From NCBI RefSeq assembly GCF_037042905.1, contig NC_087258.1, positions 19,902,001 to 19,966,000 on the forward strand: 64,000 bases of DNA, given 5' to 3'. The DNA is from Lytechinus pictus (taxonomy: Eukaryota). Under the pieces are notes generated by a model, which had not been told where the DNA came from, did no database searches, and was given only the letters and a program-made list of their open reading frames with translations. Below are positions 61,219 to 64,000 of the stretch, one piece after another. The position numbers and the translations under genes are program-made. Numbering within the stretch: the stretch's first letter is position 1; each line of letters begins with the position of its first letter.

Positions 61219-64000
61219 GTATGAAGAGAAGGAGAAAGGAGATCATCTCCTATAAAGAAGAGGAGAGCGAGGAGGAAAGTGAGGAGAGTGAAGAAAACGA
61301 GGAAGACAGCGATGAAGAGTGGTCAAACGATGGAGATGAACAGTCTGAAGAAGAAGGTAAATGAAGTTCTTCCATGATGATGGTGATTGTGAGCATGATC
61401 ATGATTGTAATGATCGTGATGGTGATTGTGATGATTATGATTATGATGATGGCGAATGTGAGAATTATGATGTTGATGGTGATGATGGTGATGATGGTGT
61501 TGATGATGATGATGGTGATGATGATTATGATGATGGNNNNNNNNNNNNNNNNNNNNNNNNNNNNNNNNNNNNNNNNNNNNNNNNNNNNNNNNNNNNNNNN
61601 NNNNNNNNNNNNNNNNNNNNNNNNNNNNNNNNNNNNNNNNNNNNNNNNNNNNNNNNNNNNNNNNNNNNNNNNNNNNNNNNNNNNNNNNNNNNNNNNNATT
61701 AAAAAAAATTGTGAAGGCTTGAGGAATATCCATCAAGGATTAAAAAAGTTATGAGAATTTTGGATTTTTTTTATTTGTGGCGTCATATGCAAGCTGCAGC
61801 TTTCCCATATGTTGTGTCATAAAAAAGTAAATGAAATGTAATTTTCTCAACAAAATGGGAATGGGTTTCATTGTACCTTCAGTATAACAACAGACCAATC
61901 ATTTCACATCCGCTCCTGAAAAAAAATGTGATTAGGAGCCTTTAAAGCATCTAAACTTATGCATTTCATATTACATAACATAGGGGCAGCTGCTTGAATA
62001 TGACGTAACAAATCAAAACTTAAGATTCTTGTACCTTTCTTAATCTTTGATGGATTTACCTCAAATATTATTATCAATATTTAGTCTTGATATTTTTCTG
62101 GTATTTTTATCCAACAAACTTTTTCATCTGGGTGAACTTCCCCTTTAACTCGTTTAAATTACCTTGATACCTTGCAGATGGGGATCAAGAATGGACTGAT
62201 GAGCAGGATGACCCTGCTGACCAGCCTTCTACCAGCGAGTCCACAAGCGCACCCGTGATGACCGATGCGCCACCAGTGGAAATCAAGCAAGAACCTCTGA
62301 GTGATGATGAGGGTATGCGCACACTCCTCCATTTCAAGCTTTTCATATTTATAGCAGTCTAGAATTTTAACCGTAACCAGGCAGAGGTGGGAAGGAGGGC
62401 TGATGAGAGGTTCTACCTCAACATTTTGAGCAATGTTTTTGCGATTCTAAGTTAGCTCTTGCCGTGATGCATGGGAGTAAAGTAAAGAATTATATAACAT
62501 TGACTGGCCTTGAGGGAAACATGAAATACATTGCCTGAAACTGAATCATATTGGCCCAAGTCTTTAGACAAGGGCAATAAATTTGACATTCCCCGAAAGA
62601 AGAGCCAGTCAATATTTTTGTTATAATCTAAATAATGTATCTCAAGCAAAAATCATGAAAATTGAGATATTTCACTCCTAAAATGGAATTCTAATTGTCA
62701 TGTTGAGCATCTAGGGCCTCTGAACCTTACCGTATTGATGTACTAGTAACTGAAATGTTGCGTCCATGGGTTTGTCCTATACGGGATGCAGATCGATTAT
62801 AAGGTATGTTGTTGATGCGCAGATACATATGACGCATATCTCTTTCTGCGCATCCTCAGATGCTCGGATATGAGACCTGGGAAAAAACAAAGGTATATTT
62901 TGTGTCGTCTCTTCATGCAAAGTCGGTACACGCAGAAAGACCAAGCAAAATACAAATAATATCTCTACCTCTTTCCTATATTCATAAAATCTCAGGGAAA
63001 TACGGTTTTGTAAATTATGTCTGATATTGGTAATAATTATGAACATTTAGTTTTGATAGTGAAATGAATTGGTTTTCCACACAAACTTGCATTTTTTTCT
63101 TTTGTATATTGTCCTTTCCAGGCCAACACATTCCTTACCAAGAGGATCCCGACCAATTTGCAGAGAGCTACAAGATGTTAGAATCCTTGCGGAGATCCTG
63201 TGAGCAAGGGGTAGCAGAGAGATCTTCTACAGGTGGCCCCTTGGACAGTAAGTCGCCCCCTCCGTTGCTTGACGTAGATGGAATCAAACAAGAAAGGGTA
63301 GAGGTTATCATTTGCGCAATCTGTGGTGATATGTACAATAACCAGAGTGCTTTTGATGAACACCAAAAAGTTTCACACTTTTCTGTAATAAACCGTCACT
63401 CTGTGGTCGGAGATGAAAGGGGAGTGGAACTCTCCAAGGAGACTGTGGGGAATGACCCAGTCTCTCAGATAGTCAGGTTTGAAGTAGAGGAAGGAGGTTA
63501 TGAGGTATTGGATGAAACAAAGAATGTCCAGAATTCAGTAGATCCAGAGGAAGGGTGGAACCTTAGTGGAAGCCAAGAAATGCCAAGTAACTCCCAATGT
63601 GTACAATCCGAGTCCCGTACTTGTAGATTTTGTAAGAAAGCATGTCCCAACAAGCGTATGTACTTGCTACACTTGAGAACTAAACACAGTGAAGAACTCC
63701 CTTATGAATGTCCAAATTGTAAGGCCAGGTACTTGGAGAAGAGAGACTTGGATAGTTTCAGTCGCACCAGGGCAGGGCGAACTGATAAGGGTGGTAAGGA
63801 CAGAAATATTTGTGAGTTTTGCGGGGACAAGACCTCATATCTTTGCCTCACGTGTGATAAGGAATTTAAAAGCAGATCCAAATTGATAGCGCATCAAAAG
63901 GTGCACAGTAAACACAGACTGTGCTATTGCCATTTGTGTGACGAGTACTTTCCAGATACGCGGCAAACTAGGGAGCATTTAGAGACCCACTATCCTATCA
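61219..64000 (+). CDS. C2H2 zinc-finger protein, partial; exons 61219-61356, 62178-62312, 63122->64000 (runs off the window)
   Basis: Phase-1 GT-AG exons: basic/acidic GMKRRRKEIISYKEEESEEES..., then ...VEIKQEPLSDDE, then an open frame with fingers CAICGDMYNNQSAFDEHQKVSH, CRFCKKACPNKRMYLLHLRTKH, CLTCDKEFKSRSKLIAHQKVH, CHLCDEYFPDTRQTREHLETH. Confidence 0.85.
61374..61536. repeat. (ATG/GAT)n microsatellite abutting an assembly gap
   Basis: Degenerate trinucleotide repeat. Confidence 0.95.
61537..61697. other. Assembly gap (N run)
   Basis: N characters. Confidence 0.99.

Noticed and set aside
61323-61754. Poly-His, poly-Asp and poly-Met ORFs
   Set aside because: Translations of an (ATG)n microsatellite and N gap inside an intron

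Overview
AT-rich, intron-containing animal genomic DNA. The repeat landscape (tRNA-head SINEs, TTAA/TA/8-bp/9-bp-TSD MITEs, a Mag-type Gypsy) suggests a marine invertebrate, probably an echinoderm (inference). There are two N gaps. The left third is transposon-dominated: a TSD-bounded L2/Crack-type LINE whose leader carries a 2A-like NPGP motif, a GG-terminal 8-bp-TSD element, and an intact Gypsy with identical 120-bp LTRs. The middle holds two ciliary genes: a UBXN10-like gene with one coding exon and a 4-exon CFAP107 (C1orf158) orthologue. The right third holds a spliced transcription-factor locus that the ORF track shows only in fragments. Two acidic N-terminal exons (ATG 46000) splice in frame into a MADF...BESS module ending at 54114. 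A second set of phase-1 exons (61219 onward) leads into a C2H2 zinc-finger exon that runs off the window. The best candidate for an undescribed system is that both DNA-binding modules share one N-terminus by alternative 3' exon choice, as in lola or mod(mdg4). An AcademH relic with a RecQ-helicase fragment, a Sola2-like element, a Helentron-associated element and many MITEs/SINEs are also present. All gene models were read by eye from splice signals and phase; no transcript or database evidence was available.
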